Assembly (NCBI GenBank): GCA_016710685.1
Contig: JADJVC010000006.1
Coordinates: forward strand, 626,709-690,708
Length of the DNA stretch: 64,000 bases
Reading direction: 5' to 3'
DNA from: Flavobacteriales bacterium
GTDB taxonomy: Bacteria; Bacteroidota; Bacteroidia; Flavobacteriales_F; PHOS-HE28
Shown one piece after another: positions 1-9,520 of the stretch. The notes below the pieces were generated by a model. The model worked only from the letters and a program-made list of their open reading frames with translations. It ran no database searches and had not been told where the DNA came from. A program made the position numbers and the translations under genes. Numbering within the stretch: position 1 is the first letter of the stretch; each line of letters opens with the position of its first letter.

Positions 1-327
1 TTCACTGACGGCGTTCGCAACTACATCGATGACTGCAAAAAGCAGAAGTTCAGTGCGCGCTACATCGGCAGCTTAGTGGCCGATTTTCACCGCAACCTGC
101 TGAAGGGTGGCATCTATTTGTACCCCGCAACAAAGAAGGCACCCAACGGAAAGCTGCGCCTGCTCTATGAAGCCAACACACTGGCCATGATCGTGGAACA
201 AGCCGGTGGCATCGCGACGGACGGTATCACGCGTATCCTCGACCTTAAGCCTACGGAGCTTCACCAACGTTGCCCGCTTTACATCGGAAGCAAGAACATG
301 GTGGAAAAGGCGATGGGGATGAAGTAA
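1..327 (+). CDS. fbp: Fructose-1,6-bisphosphatase class 1, C-terminal part (5' end lies outside the window)
   Basis: Frame 1 is open from base 1. The translation ...[55 protein letters not shown]...[11 protein letters not shown] matches the conserved C-terminal half of class I FBPase. The ORF-track entry 76..327 is only the part after an internal start. Confidence 0.85.
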   Translation, partial: FTDGVRNYIDDCKKQKFSARYIGSLVADFHRNLLKGGIYLYPATKKAPNGKLRLLYEANTLAMIVEQAGGIATDGITRILDLKPTELHQRCPLYIGSKNMVEKAMGMK

Positions 328-342
328 GCACCCCGGGCCCGA

Positions 343-2526
343 TCACTCCGCAATCACTACCCGCCGCACTACCGGTGTTGCGAACCCTTCGCAGCGCAAC
401 AGGTAGACCCCGGCAGGGATGTTGCCAAGATTTAGTTGGGCATTGCCACTGGCATCCACTTGGATCACGGTGCGACCTAACGCATCCACCAAGGTCAATG
501 CATGTCGTTTGCCATCCGCCGGCAACAGCACGTTCAACACCTCCGTTGCAGGGACTGGCCAAACTGCAAATCCGTCCAAGGCTTCCGTTTCGGTACTGCT
601 TACCACGGCATTGTGCCGCGCATTCCATTCCTGGTAGAACTGGTTGGTGATGGAGGCATTGTGGATGATCAACGTATTCTCATCGTTCACGGTTTCCGCG
701 CTGGTGGTCCAGTTGTGGCTGCCCGTGATCACGAGCGGATCGTTCGCGAAGCCCTCGTCGATAATGGCGTATTTGTGATGGAACAGGCCGGGTTCATCCA
801 AATGCGATACGAGGTTCACGCCTTGGCCCACCAAGTAGTTAAATTCGGAACCGATGGTGTAGATGTCCTCCACATCACCCGCCACAAGCATCCCCGGCCG
901 GTTGTTGGCTGCAATAATGGCATCGCCTAAGGTGTTTTCCGTAAGCACATAGAGGGCTAACCGCACATTGTGTTGGGCATCGTCCAACGCCCGTGCGATC
1001 CGCGCCGTTACGCCGTCGGTAGGGCTGAAGAAACTCTCAACGTACGTTCCGCCCACGTTGAAAAGATGCGGTGTGTTGTCCGTTTTATCAGCCCCGAACT
1101 TGCTTTGTGATGGCACCGGCTGTGCACCGCTGCCGCCCCACATCTCCTCGAACTCAGCGCGGTAGCAACGTGCCAATGCCTGATCTTGGATGAACACCAA
1201 GTTGTTGTAGTCATCGAAGAAACCCTGTGTGGTCCAGTTGCAAGAACCGCTCATGATGGTGGCCTTGGAAGCATCTTCGGCATCGATCACGAAGAACTTG
1301 TCGTGGGTACCGCTGCCCAGGCCGTCGGTACGGTAGAGCACGGGAATTGCGGGGTCCAAGCTGTTCAACGCCCAATTGCTCGTGCTGCCTTCCGCGACCC
1401 AGCGTACCGTAACGCCGCGGTCGTACGCGGCGTTGACAGCGGCCACTAAAAAGTCGCTGTTGGTGTTGTACATGGCAATGTCCAAGGTGGTCTCCGCCCG
1501 GTCGATGTAGGCTTTGATGGTGTCATCCACCGCATCAAAAAGCGCAATGGCGTCAGTGCCACTGCTAACCGAATGGTCCACGCTCTTGTTGAAGTATACT
1601 TTGATGCCCCCCGACAGAGGCGAAGCTGTGGAGTATAGACCGACCTGCGAGAACGCGGTATCAGACCCGTCCACGGAGAAGACTTTGGCGTAGTAGAACG
1701 TGGCGGAAGCCAAGCCGGCAAGGACGGCCGAATGCGAAGTGCCCATGGACGCATCTCCGCCGAGCTGCCCCAGTGCAGGCGTTGTGCCGTAGAACACCTG
1801 TGACGTACCGGCCTGGTTGGTCTGCCAATTCAGGGTGAACCCGGTCGGCGTGATCACCGCTTGCGTCATCGGGGGCAATACGGCGATGGACCCGAACGGC
1901 GTAATGTCGCTGGTGGCACGCGGCAGCAACTGGTAGCCGCTGGTGTAAGGTGAAGACGGGTCGAATTGCGATGCGATGCCCGTAATGTCCACGGCCCCCG
2001 CAGGGATCGGCGTGCCGATCATTGGATGGCCAGTGCGCAGGTAGACGTCCGCTTGTTGGCCGCCCGATTGCACGATGTATGTGTTCGATGCGAATGTGCC
2101 GCTTGCATTGAAAGTCACGCCTTCCAAGCGCACGATCTCGCCTTCCACGCTTTCATCCAGTCCATTCGGCGTGATCACTTGGGCAGCGGGCAACGCATTG
2201 CCGGAACTCGTTACCGCAAAGGCCGTTATCGGTGTGATCTCCAACAGGCCGCTGTAGTTCGTCAATGTGCCGGTCAGCGTGATGGCATCCCCCATATTGG
2301 GCGCAAAACCGGGAGCGGAACCGGATCCCGGAAAGGCGGCAATACCGCCCGTGGCATCCTGCACGTAGCGCACGCTGCCCAAGGAAGGATCAGAGGTAAC
2401 TATCCCGCTTACGGTAACGGAGCTGCCTAAACTGGCATTGCGGGCGTCGGACACGGTTTGGGCCGATAGGCCGATGGTCAACGTGCAAACGAATGAGAAA
2501 AGAGTGGAGCGGACAAGATGTATCAT
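343..2526 (-). CDS. Secreted phospholipase D-superfamily (two HKD motifs) phosphodiesterase/nuclease-like protein with a T9SS C-terminal sorting domain
   Basis: Two HxK(x4)D motifs followed by GSxNxT are present (GTHDKFFVID...GSCNWT and FHHKYAIID...GSHNWT). A likely signal peptide begins at internal Met 2526 (MIHLVRSTLFSFVCTLTIGLSAQ). There is an Fn3-like segment. The C-terminal ~75 aa (..VWPVPATEVLNVLL...GVYLLRCEG..VVRRVVIAE) looks like a Por/T9SS CTD. The ORF track extends to 2625. Confidence 0.75.
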   Translation of the reverse strand: MIHLVRSTLFSFVCTLTIGLSAQTVSDARNASLGSSVTVSGIVTSDPSLGSVRYVQDATGGIAAFPGSGSAPGFAPNMGDAITLTGTLTNYSGLLEITPITAFAVTSSGNALPAAQVITPNGLDESVEGEIVRLEGVTFNASGTFASNTYIVQSGGQQADVYLRTGHPMIGTPIPAGAVDITGIASQFDPSSPYTSGYQLLPRATSDITPFGSIAVLPPMTQAVITPTGFTLNWQTNQAGTSQVFYGTTPALGQLGGDASMGTSHSAVLAGLASATFYYAKVFSVDGSDTAFSQVGLYSTASPLSGGIKVYFNKSVDHSVSSGTDAIALFDAVDDTIKAYIDRAETTLDIAMYNTNSDFLVAAVNAAYDRGVTVRWVAEGSTSNWALNSLDPAIPVLYRTDGLGSGTHDKFFVIDAEDASKATIMSGSCNWTTQGFFDDYNNLVFIQDQALARCYRAEFEEMWGGSGAQPVPSQSKFGADKTDNTPHLFNVGGTYVESFFSPTDGVTARIARALDDAQHNVRLALYVLTENTLGDAIIAANNRPGMLVAGDVEDIYTIGSEFNYLVGQGVNLVSHLDEPGLFHHKYAIIDEGFANDPLVITGSHNWTTSAETVNDENTLIIHNASITNQFYQEWNARHNAVVSSTETEALDGFAVWPVPATEVLNVLLPADGKRHALTLVDALGRTVIQVDASGNAQLNLGNIPAGVYLLRCEGFATPVVRRVVIAE

Positions 2527-2616
2527 GGTGCAAAGGTCGGTTATCGCAAAATGGCAACGGTCAATTGGACAGATCGGCACGATGCTGGATAACTTGCCCC
2601 CCAGATCAACCGACAC

Positions 2617-3663
2617 ATGACACACTTCCGGCGCCTGTTTCTGCTGTTACCCACTGCTTTTCTATTACAAGCCGCGTTCGCCCAACAGGGTGATACGCGC
2701 TACGTGCCCCGCTGTATCGGCTTTTGGAACCTGGAAAACCTGTACGACACGCTCGACGGTCCAAACGACGATGCGGAATATCTGCCCGCTGCCGCCAAGC
2801 AATGGAACACCGAACGCTACGAGCGCAAGCTCCAGCATGAGGCCCGCGTGATCAGCGAAATGGGCGTGGACGTCTTCCCTGAAGGCCTCGTGGCCATGGG
2901 CATGTGCGAAGTGGAGGACTTGGCCGTAGTGGAGGACCTTATCCATACATCACCGCTTGACCAGCGTGGTTACCGCATTGTCCACCATGATAGCCCGGAC
3001 CGGCGCGGCGTGGACGTGGCGTTCATCTACAACCCGAAGTACTTCACCCTGCTCCATGAAGCCGTTTACCCGCTGCGCGACCCCAACGACAGCCTCTTCC
3101 GCACCCGCGACCAGCTCGTGGTTACTGGCTTGATGGACGGGGACACGATCAGTGTGGTGGTAAACCACTGGCCCTCCCGTTTTGGTGGCGAAAAACGATC
3201 GCTGCCACGGCGCATCCTGGCTGCAAAGCTCGGCAGGCATATCATAGATTCACTGCAAGCCGTTAACCTCAACGCCCGTGTGCTCTATATGGGTGACCTG
3301 AATGATGATCCGGTGGATCCAAGCGTCCGCAAATTCCTCAACACCACTGGCGACAAGGCCCTTGCCAACGGCGAAAAACTGTTCAACCCCATGTATGATC
3401 TTTACCAGAAAGGCATCGGCACATTGGCTTGGCGCGATTCCTGGAACCTCTTTGATCAGATCATCATGACACCCTCACTGGCCAATGCGACCGACGATGG
3501 ATACCGCTTCTACGGTGCCCGCGTTTACAATCAGCCATACCTGCGGCAGGATGAAGGCAACTACGCGGGCTACCCTTTGCGCACATACGTGGGCGACACC
3601 TACCAAGGCGGATACAGCGACCACTTTCCCGTGTACGTGATCCTGGTGAAACCCGTGAAGTAA
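2617..3663 (+). CDS. Secreted endonuclease/exonuclease/phosphatase (EEP) family protein
   Basis: Signal peptide MTHFRRLFLLLPTAFLLQAAFAQ. EEP-fold landmarks are present: FWNLENL, VVNHWPSR, GDLNDDP, SDHFPV. Divergent from the PLD-like gene. Confidence 0.75.
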   Translation: MTHFRRLFLLLPTAFLLQAAFAQQGDTRYVPRCIGFWNLENLYDTLDGPNDDAEYLPAAAKQWNTERYERKLQHEARVISEMGVDVFPEGLVAMGMCEVEDLAVVEDLIHTSPLDQRGYRIVHHDSPDRRGVDVAFIYNPKYFTLLHEAVYPLRDPNDSLFRTRDQLVVTGLMDGDTISVVVNHWPSRFGGEKRSLPRRILAAKLGRHIIDSLQAVNLNARVLYMGDLNDDPVDPSVRKFLNTTGDKALANGEKLFNPMYDLYQKGIGTLAWRDSWNLFDQIIMTPSLANATDDGYRFYGARVYNQPYLRQDEGNYAGYPLRTYVGDTYQGGYSDHFPVYVILVKPVK

Positions 3664-4622
3664 TGATCGTAGTGACCGGCGCCGCAGGTTTCATCGGCAG
3701 CATGCTCCTCGCGGAATTGCAACGTCGTGGATACGGTGACCTCGTAGCCGTGGACGATTTTTCACACCCGGAAAAGGAATCCAATCTCGAAGGTGTCAAA
3801 CTCGCGCAACGCGTGGAGCGGTCCGTGTTCCCCGCGTGGATCGACGCGAACGAAAACCAAATTCAGTTCATCTTCCACCTCGGTGCCCGCACCGACACCA
3901 CGGAGTTCAACAAGGCGATCTTCGATGAGCTGAACGTGCGTTCCAGCCAGCAAATTTGGGAACGCTGCGCGAAGTATGCCATCCCCCTTGTCTATGCATC
4001 TTCCGGCGCCACGTATGGCGATGGCGACCTGGGCTACGGCGATACCGACGACACGCTGCCGTACAAACTGAAGCCGCTCAATCCCTACGGCGAGAGCAAG
4101 AACGAGTTCGACAAGTGGGCGTTGAAGCAGGATGCAAAGCCGTTCTTTTGGGCCGGCCTGAAGTTCTTCAACGTGTACGGCCCCAACGAAAACCACAAGG
4201 GCCGCATGGCTTCGGTGATCTTTCACGCTTACAAGCAGATTTCCGCCAGCGGGGGTATGAAGCTCTTCCGGAGCCACCGGCCAGACTACACCGACGGCGG
4301 CCAGCTCCGCGATTTCGTCTACGTGAAGGACCTCTGCGACGTTTGCATATTCCTGATGGAGCACCGCAAGAGCAGCGGCATCTATAACCTCGGGACGGGA
4401 AAGGCACGCACATTCCTAGACCTCGCTCGAGCTACGTTCAACGCCATGGACAAGCCGGTAAAAATCGAGTTTATCGACACGCCGATGGACATACGCGACA
4501 AGTACCAGTATTTCACCGAAGCGCCCATGGAAAAGCTGCGCGCCATCGGCTATTTGAAGCCGTTCCATACGTTGGAAGAAGGCGTGGACGACTACGTGCG
4601 CAACTACTTGGCGCGCAGTTGA
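3663..4622 (+). CDS. hldD: ADP-L-glycero-D-manno-heptose 6-epimerase
   Basis: Rossmann start MIVVTGAAGFIGS, YASSGATYG, NPYGESK, FFNVYGPNENHKGRMASV, QLRDFVYVKD, IYNLGTGKARTF. These are collinear with HldD/RfaD. The start overlaps the EEP stop (TAATG). Confidence 0.85.
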   Translation: MIVVTGAAGFIGSMLLAELQRRGYGDLVAVDDFSHPEKESNLEGVKLAQRVERSVFPAWIDANENQIQFIFHLGARTDTTEFNKAIFDELNVRSSQQIWERCAKYAIPLVYASSGATYGDGDLGYGDTDDTLPYKLKPLNPYGESKNEFDKWALKQDAKPFFWAGLKFFNVYGPNENHKGRMASVIFHAYKQISASGGMKLFRSHRPDYTDGGQLRDFVYVKDLCDVCIFLMEHRKSSGIYNLGTGKARTFLDLARATFNAMDKPVKIEFIDTPMDIRDKYQYFTEAPMEKLRAIGYLKPFHTLEEGVDDYVRNYLARS

Positions 4623-4628
4623 GCGGGA

Positions 4629-5003
4629 CTACGATAGATCAGGACCGGTAACGGCATCTTGCCTTAGCTGCAACAGTTGTGCTTTTACCTGCTCCAATTT
4701 CCTGCGGATCGCTTCCACCGGAAGTTCAGCCGCGGGAGGCGCTTCAACCGGCTCATGGCGCTTCAACTGGTCTTTCGCTCCCTGTAACGTGAAGCCGCGG
4801 TCCTTCACCAAGTGTTGGATCTGCCGCAGTTGTTCAATGTCGTCCTTGGTGTAAAGGCGGTCACCCTTGATGGTCCGTTTAGGCCTTAAGGTGCCAAATT
4901 CCTTCTCCCAGTAGCGCAGCAGCGAAGTGTTGACGCCGAGCGTTTCCGCCACCTCCCCGATGGGCCAGTACATCCGCTCTATTGACTTTTCCTTCAGGGG
5001 CAT
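4629..5003 (-). CDS. MerR family transcriptional regulator
   Basis: MerR HTH: YWPIGEVAETLGVNTSLLRYWEKEFG...KGDRLYTKDDIEQLRQIQHLVKDRGFTLQGAK. The ATG at 5003 is preferred over the TTG at 5024 used by the ORF track. Confidence 0.8.
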   Translation of the reverse strand: MPLKEKSIERMYWPIGEVAETLGVNTSLLRYWEKEFGTLRPKRTIKGDRLYTKDDIEQLRQIQHLVKDRGFTLQGAKDQLKRHEPVEAPPAAELPVEAIRRKLEQVKAQLLQLRQDAVTGPDLS

Positions 5004-5020
5004 TACCGCGAATTTAGCGA

Positions 5021-5988
5021 TCAATCCAGTGATTGCCCGGCATTCCGGCTGATCTCCACCATCCGCGCGTACTCCTCCGGCGTCAAGCTGTTGAAGAGGA
5101 AATTCACCGGGTCCACGGGCGCGCCGTCCTTATGCACCTCATAATGCAGGTGTGGCCCTGTACTCAGGCCTGTGCTGCCCACTTCGCCGATGGTGTCGCC
5201 GCGCTTTACCCGCTGCCCTTCGCGCACATTGATCTTGCTCATGTGCCCGTATAGCGTTTCGTAGCCAAAGCCGTGGTCGATCACCACGTGGTCACCGAAA
5301 CCACTGGCGTTATAGCCTGCAAAAGACACGCGCCCGTCGCCCGTAGCATGGATCTTCGTGCCTGTAGGACTGGTGAAATCGAGTCCCATGTGTGGCTTCT
5401 CGATCTTGTAAATAGGGTGCATCCGCTCGCCAAAGCCCGAACTGATCCGCGTTTCATCCGTCGGGATGGGTTCCACCGACGGGATGCTCGCGAGCATTTC
5501 CTGTTTGCGCATAACCAGCGCGCCGACTTCATCAAGCGAGCGGCTTTGTACAACCAGTTGCTTCGCGATGCGGTCCAGTCTTTTCGCGTTCCGATTACCA
5601 AGTCGCTGTTCGCGAAACCTTCCAGGTCCTTGTAGCGGTTCACCCCGCCAATACCCGCCATGCGAATTGTGTTGGGGATGGGGTCAGCTTCAAAGATCAC
5701 CCGGTACACGTTGTCGTCCCGCTGCTCAATGTCCCCCAAAACGTTCTCCATGTCACCGAGCTGCTTGTTGATCAGGTCATACTCGACCAACAGGCGCTGG
5801 TTTTCCTGCCGCAGCTTCGCTTCTTTGGGTGAATCAATGAACTGGAACGCCAGAAAGATACCCAAAATGCCGACCAAAAGCCCCGGTGCGAGCGCTAAGG
5901 ATGTGCGCTTCACCTTCTTCCAGCCGCTGAGCCGGATGCGCTCAAAATTCAGCGTATTGGGGTTGAAACGGTACTTGTGTTCGGCCAT
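5021..5988 (-). pseudogene. M23 family metallopeptidase, interrupted by one frameshift (ORFs 5281..5988 and 5021..5512)
   Basis: The N-terminal ORF carries a TM segment and coiled-coil region up to ..SDLVIGTRK. The C-terminal frame continues RLDRIAKQLVVQSRSLDEV.. into the M23 domain (HMGLDF, HxxxD-like DHVVIDHG, GSTGLSTGPHLHYEV). The break is at T-run 5581-5584, and adding one base restores a single ORF. Confidence 0.8.
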
Positions 5989-6061
5989 CTGGGCGACTGG
6001 GGAAGTTGCGAAGATAGCGGAGGACTAATTTTGCGCACCTTTTGAGTGATGAGCAGTTAAT

Positions 6062-6172
6062 TCACCACAGAAGCACAGAAAACACAGAGAATCCAAAATG
6101 ATGAACCGTGTAAACATCCTCCGACACAGCCTTAATATGAATCCCTCCGTGCCCTCCATGCCGCTGTGGTGA
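6062..6172 (-). repeat. 111-nt inverted-repeat element (possible structured RNA or MITE-like unit) in the divergent M23-peptidase/alaS intergenic region
   Basis: Perfect 9-nt termini: TCACCACAG at 6062-6070 and CTGTGGTGA at 6164-6172. The arms extend to ~33 nt. Nearly all arm differences are transitions that give G-U pairs only in the minus-strand transcript. Confidence 0.5.
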
Positions 6173-6209
6173 TTTTTCAAGATTCAAGACTCCCGCCTCA
6201 AGACTCCCC

Positions 6210-8809
6210 ATGCCCTCCTCCCATCGATCCGCCAGCAGTTCGTCGACCACTTCGCCCAACGTGGCCACGCTATCGTACCCAGTGCGCCCTTGGTGGTAAA
6301 GGACGACCCCACGCTGATGTTCATCAACGCGGGCATGAACCCCTTCAAGGACCTGTTTCTCGGCAATCGGCCCATTACGCAGCCGCGCATCGCCGACTCG
6401 CAGAAATGCCTACGTGTTTCGGGGAAACACAACGACCTGGAAGAAGTCGGCATCGATACCTACCACCACACGTTGTTCGAAATGCTCGGGAACTGGAGCT
6501 TCGGCGACTACTTCAAGGTGGACGCGATCAAATGGGCTTGGGAGCTGCTAGTGGACACCTACAAGGTCGATCCCGCAAAGATCTACGTTACCTACTTCGG
6601 CGGCGATGCTAAGGACAACTTGGAGCCGGATACCGAGACACGCGACCTCTGGCTGCAATACCTGCCTGCCGAGCGCATATTGCCTTTCGGAAAGAAAGAC
6701 AACTTCTGGGAAATGGGGGAGACCGGCCCTTGTGGCCCTTGCACGGAGATCCATGTGGACGTGCGCAGCGAAGAAGAGAAAAAACTGTTGCCCGGTGCGA
6801 AGCTCGTGAACAGTGATAACCCGCATGTGATCGAAGTGTGGAACAACGTGTTCATGCAGTATGAGCGTAAGGCCGATGGCTCCCTGCACCCGCTGCCCGC
6901 AACACATGTGGACACAGGCATGGGCTTCGAGCGCCTTTGCATGGTGCTGCAGGGCAAGCGCAGCAACTACGATACGGACGTATTCCAACCGCTGATCCAA
7001 GCATTGGCAAAGGCCTGCGGAAAGCCGTACGGAAAAGATGAAAAGGCCGACATCGCCATGCGTGTGGTGGCCGACCACCTGCGCGCGATCGCCTTTACCA
7101 TTGCGGACGGCCAACTTCCCGGCAACACCGGTGCGGGCTACGTGATCCGCCGCATCCTTCGCCGCGCCGTGCGTTACGGCTACAGCTTCCTCGGCCTGAA
7201 CGAACCGTTCATCCACGCGTTGGTACCCGTGTTGGCGGAACAGATGGGCGGTCAATTCCCTGAACTGCGCAAGCAGCAGGAACTCATCACCAATGTGGTT
7301 TTGGAAGAAGAGCGTTCCTTCTTGCGAACCTTGGAAACCGGCACAAAACGGTTGGAACAATTGATCGCGGAAAGCAAGGGCACGCTTGGCGGCGCCAAGG
7401 CATTTGAGCTATACGACACCTTCGGTTTCCCCATCGACCTTACGCAGCTCATGGCCCGCGAGCAAGGCGTGGCAGTGGACATGAAAGGCTTCGAGGCGGA
7501 GCTCGAGAAGCAGAAAAAGCGTTCGCGCGCGGCCACCTCCATCACCACCGGCGATTGGACCGAGTTGGCAAGCGGCACAACGGAATTTATCGGCTACGAC
7601 GTGCTGTCCACGGAGGCACGCATCCTTCGTTATCGCCAAGTGAAAGACAAGGCCGGCGACCGCTTCCAGATCGTAATGGACCGCACCCCCTTCTATCCCG
7701 AAGGCGGCGGCCAAGTGGGCGACCAAGGCTGGCTGGTACAGGGCGATGCGAAGATCGCCGTGCTGGATACGCGCCGTGAAAACCAGCTTATCGTACACTT
7801 CACGAAGGAATTACCACCCGAAGTAGCAGCGCCGGTTGTAGCACAAGTGGACGAACATCGCCGGAATTTGATCCGCCGCAACCACACCGCCACGCACCTG
7901 TTACACTACGCACTACGGAAGGTGCTGGGCACGCATGTGGAACAAAAAGGTTCGTTGGTGGCACCGGAAAAGCTGCGGTTCGATATTTCGCACTTCGCCA
8001 AGATCACCCCGGAGGAATTGGAACGGGTGCAGGCCGAAGCTCAAGCATTGGTGCGTGCCGACATTCCGTTGGAAGAACTGCGCGACGTGCCCGTGAAAAA
8101 AGCGATGGACATGGGTGCCATGGCGCTCTTTGGCGAGAAATACGGCGATGCCGTACGTGTGATCAAATTCGGTGAAAGCGTGGAATTGTGCGGGGGTGTG
8201 CATGTGCCGCGCACGGGCGAGATCGGTGCGCTTCGCATCGTGCAGGAAGGCGCACTGGCTGCAGGCATACGGCGCATCGAAGCCATTACCAGCGAAGCTG
8301 CCGAGCAGTTCGTGGAAGCGCGCTTGGAAATGTTGGAAAAATTGCAGCACCTGCTGAGTGACCCCAAGGATGCCTTGGCCGCACTACAAGCCTTGATCGA
8401 TCAAAATACCGCCTTGACCAAAGAGCTGGAAAAAGCCGCAATAGAGAAAGTGAATGCGCTGCAAGCTTCGATTTTGGACCATGTTGAGCAAAAGCCCAAA
8501 GGCCGCTTACTGGCCCGGGAAGTGGACCTCGACGCGAACGGTATGCGCGAACTCGCTTTTCGCCTTAAGGACGCAAACAAGGACCTCCTGTTGGTACTCG
8601 GTGCTAAGCGCGACGGGAAAGCCCTGCTGGCCGTAATGGTGGGAGAAGACCTGCAAACCAAGGGCCTGAAAGCCACCGATGCCATCAAAACCTTGGCAGC
8701 GGAGATCAAAGGAGGTGGAGGCGGACAGCCCTTCTTCGCAACAGCAGGCGGAAAAGACCCCGAAGGCTTGGGCAAAGCATTGACCAAAGCCGCCACACTG
8801 CTGGATTAG
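6210..8809 (+). CDS. alaS: Alanine--tRNA ligase (probable 1-nt frameshift about 15 nt after the ATG; the long ORF is 6290..8809)
   Basis: ..IRQQFVDHFAQRGHAIVPSAPLVVKDDPTLMFINAGMNPFKD.., HHTLFEMLGNWSFGDYF, the editing-domain HTATHLL motif and the C-terminal GGGGQPFFA all match AlaS. The in-frame region upstream of 6290 encodes the canonical N-terminus but has no start codon. ATG 6210 (MPSSH) is one frame off and joins at ~6225-6227. Confidence 0.9.
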
Positions 8810-8944
8810 ATGAGGTATTGCAAAACGGGGAAATGAGACAACACCTGTGGCGCACTTAACCCGTAACTCGTAACACGTCAACCCTTAACCATGGGTTGCC
8901 GAGCAAAGTCGAGGTAAACCCGTAACCGGTCAACCCGTAAGTTT

Positions 8945-9382
8945 TCAAGCCATGCTCGGGCTCGTGTGCCCGTTGTCCGTCGGGATGTGCTTTCCATAGA
9001 CGGGACCGAGGTACGCTGTGTCGTAGCTCATGCCGAGGTTGAAAATGTACAGTCCGTTCAACAGGATCACCAGTACATAGTCCATCATGGTGCGCTTGCC
9101 GAAGCTCTGGCACAGTTCGATCCATACTTTCGGGATCAAATAAAACTGGCCATAAACGGGAATAAGGAACAGGAACATGTGGCTCGCCGGGCGGCCGATG
9201 ATCCGCAGGAAAACAATGACGTTCCAAACAGGAACGATCGCCGCAATACCGGGTTGGCCGGCTTTTTCGTACAGCCGCCACTGCGCCACCACGGAGAGCA
9301 GCACCATGAACCCGAGGATGTAGAACATGCTATCCCCGAATTTTCCGTACAAGTTGGTGTAGATCTGGCTCAGGATGCTCAT
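8945..9382 (-). CDS. Small integral membrane protein (DUF5684-like)
   Basis: 145 aa with 3-4 hydrophobic helices. The motif WRLYEKAGQPGIAAIVPVWNVIVFLRIIGRP is typical of this widespread small membrane-protein family. Confidence 0.6.
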   Translation of the reverse strand: MSILSQIYTNLYGKFGDSMFYILGFMVLLSVVAQWRLYEKAGQPGIAAIVPVWNVIVFLRIIGRPASHMFLFLIPVYGQFYLIPKVWIELCQSFGKRTMMDYVLVILLNGLYIFNLGMSYDTAYLGPVYGKHIPTDNGHTSPSMA

Positions 9383-9520
9383 TTGCGCTAGTTTTTCAAG
9401 TTCCCCCCGCGTGTCCTTGAACCTCTAGGGTCCACTGTTTAGACGGGTTCAAAGCAAAAGGGTTGCCCGTTGGGCTGGGAAACTTTGTAAAAGGCTTTTC
9501 AACCGGGCGGGCGGGAAAAC

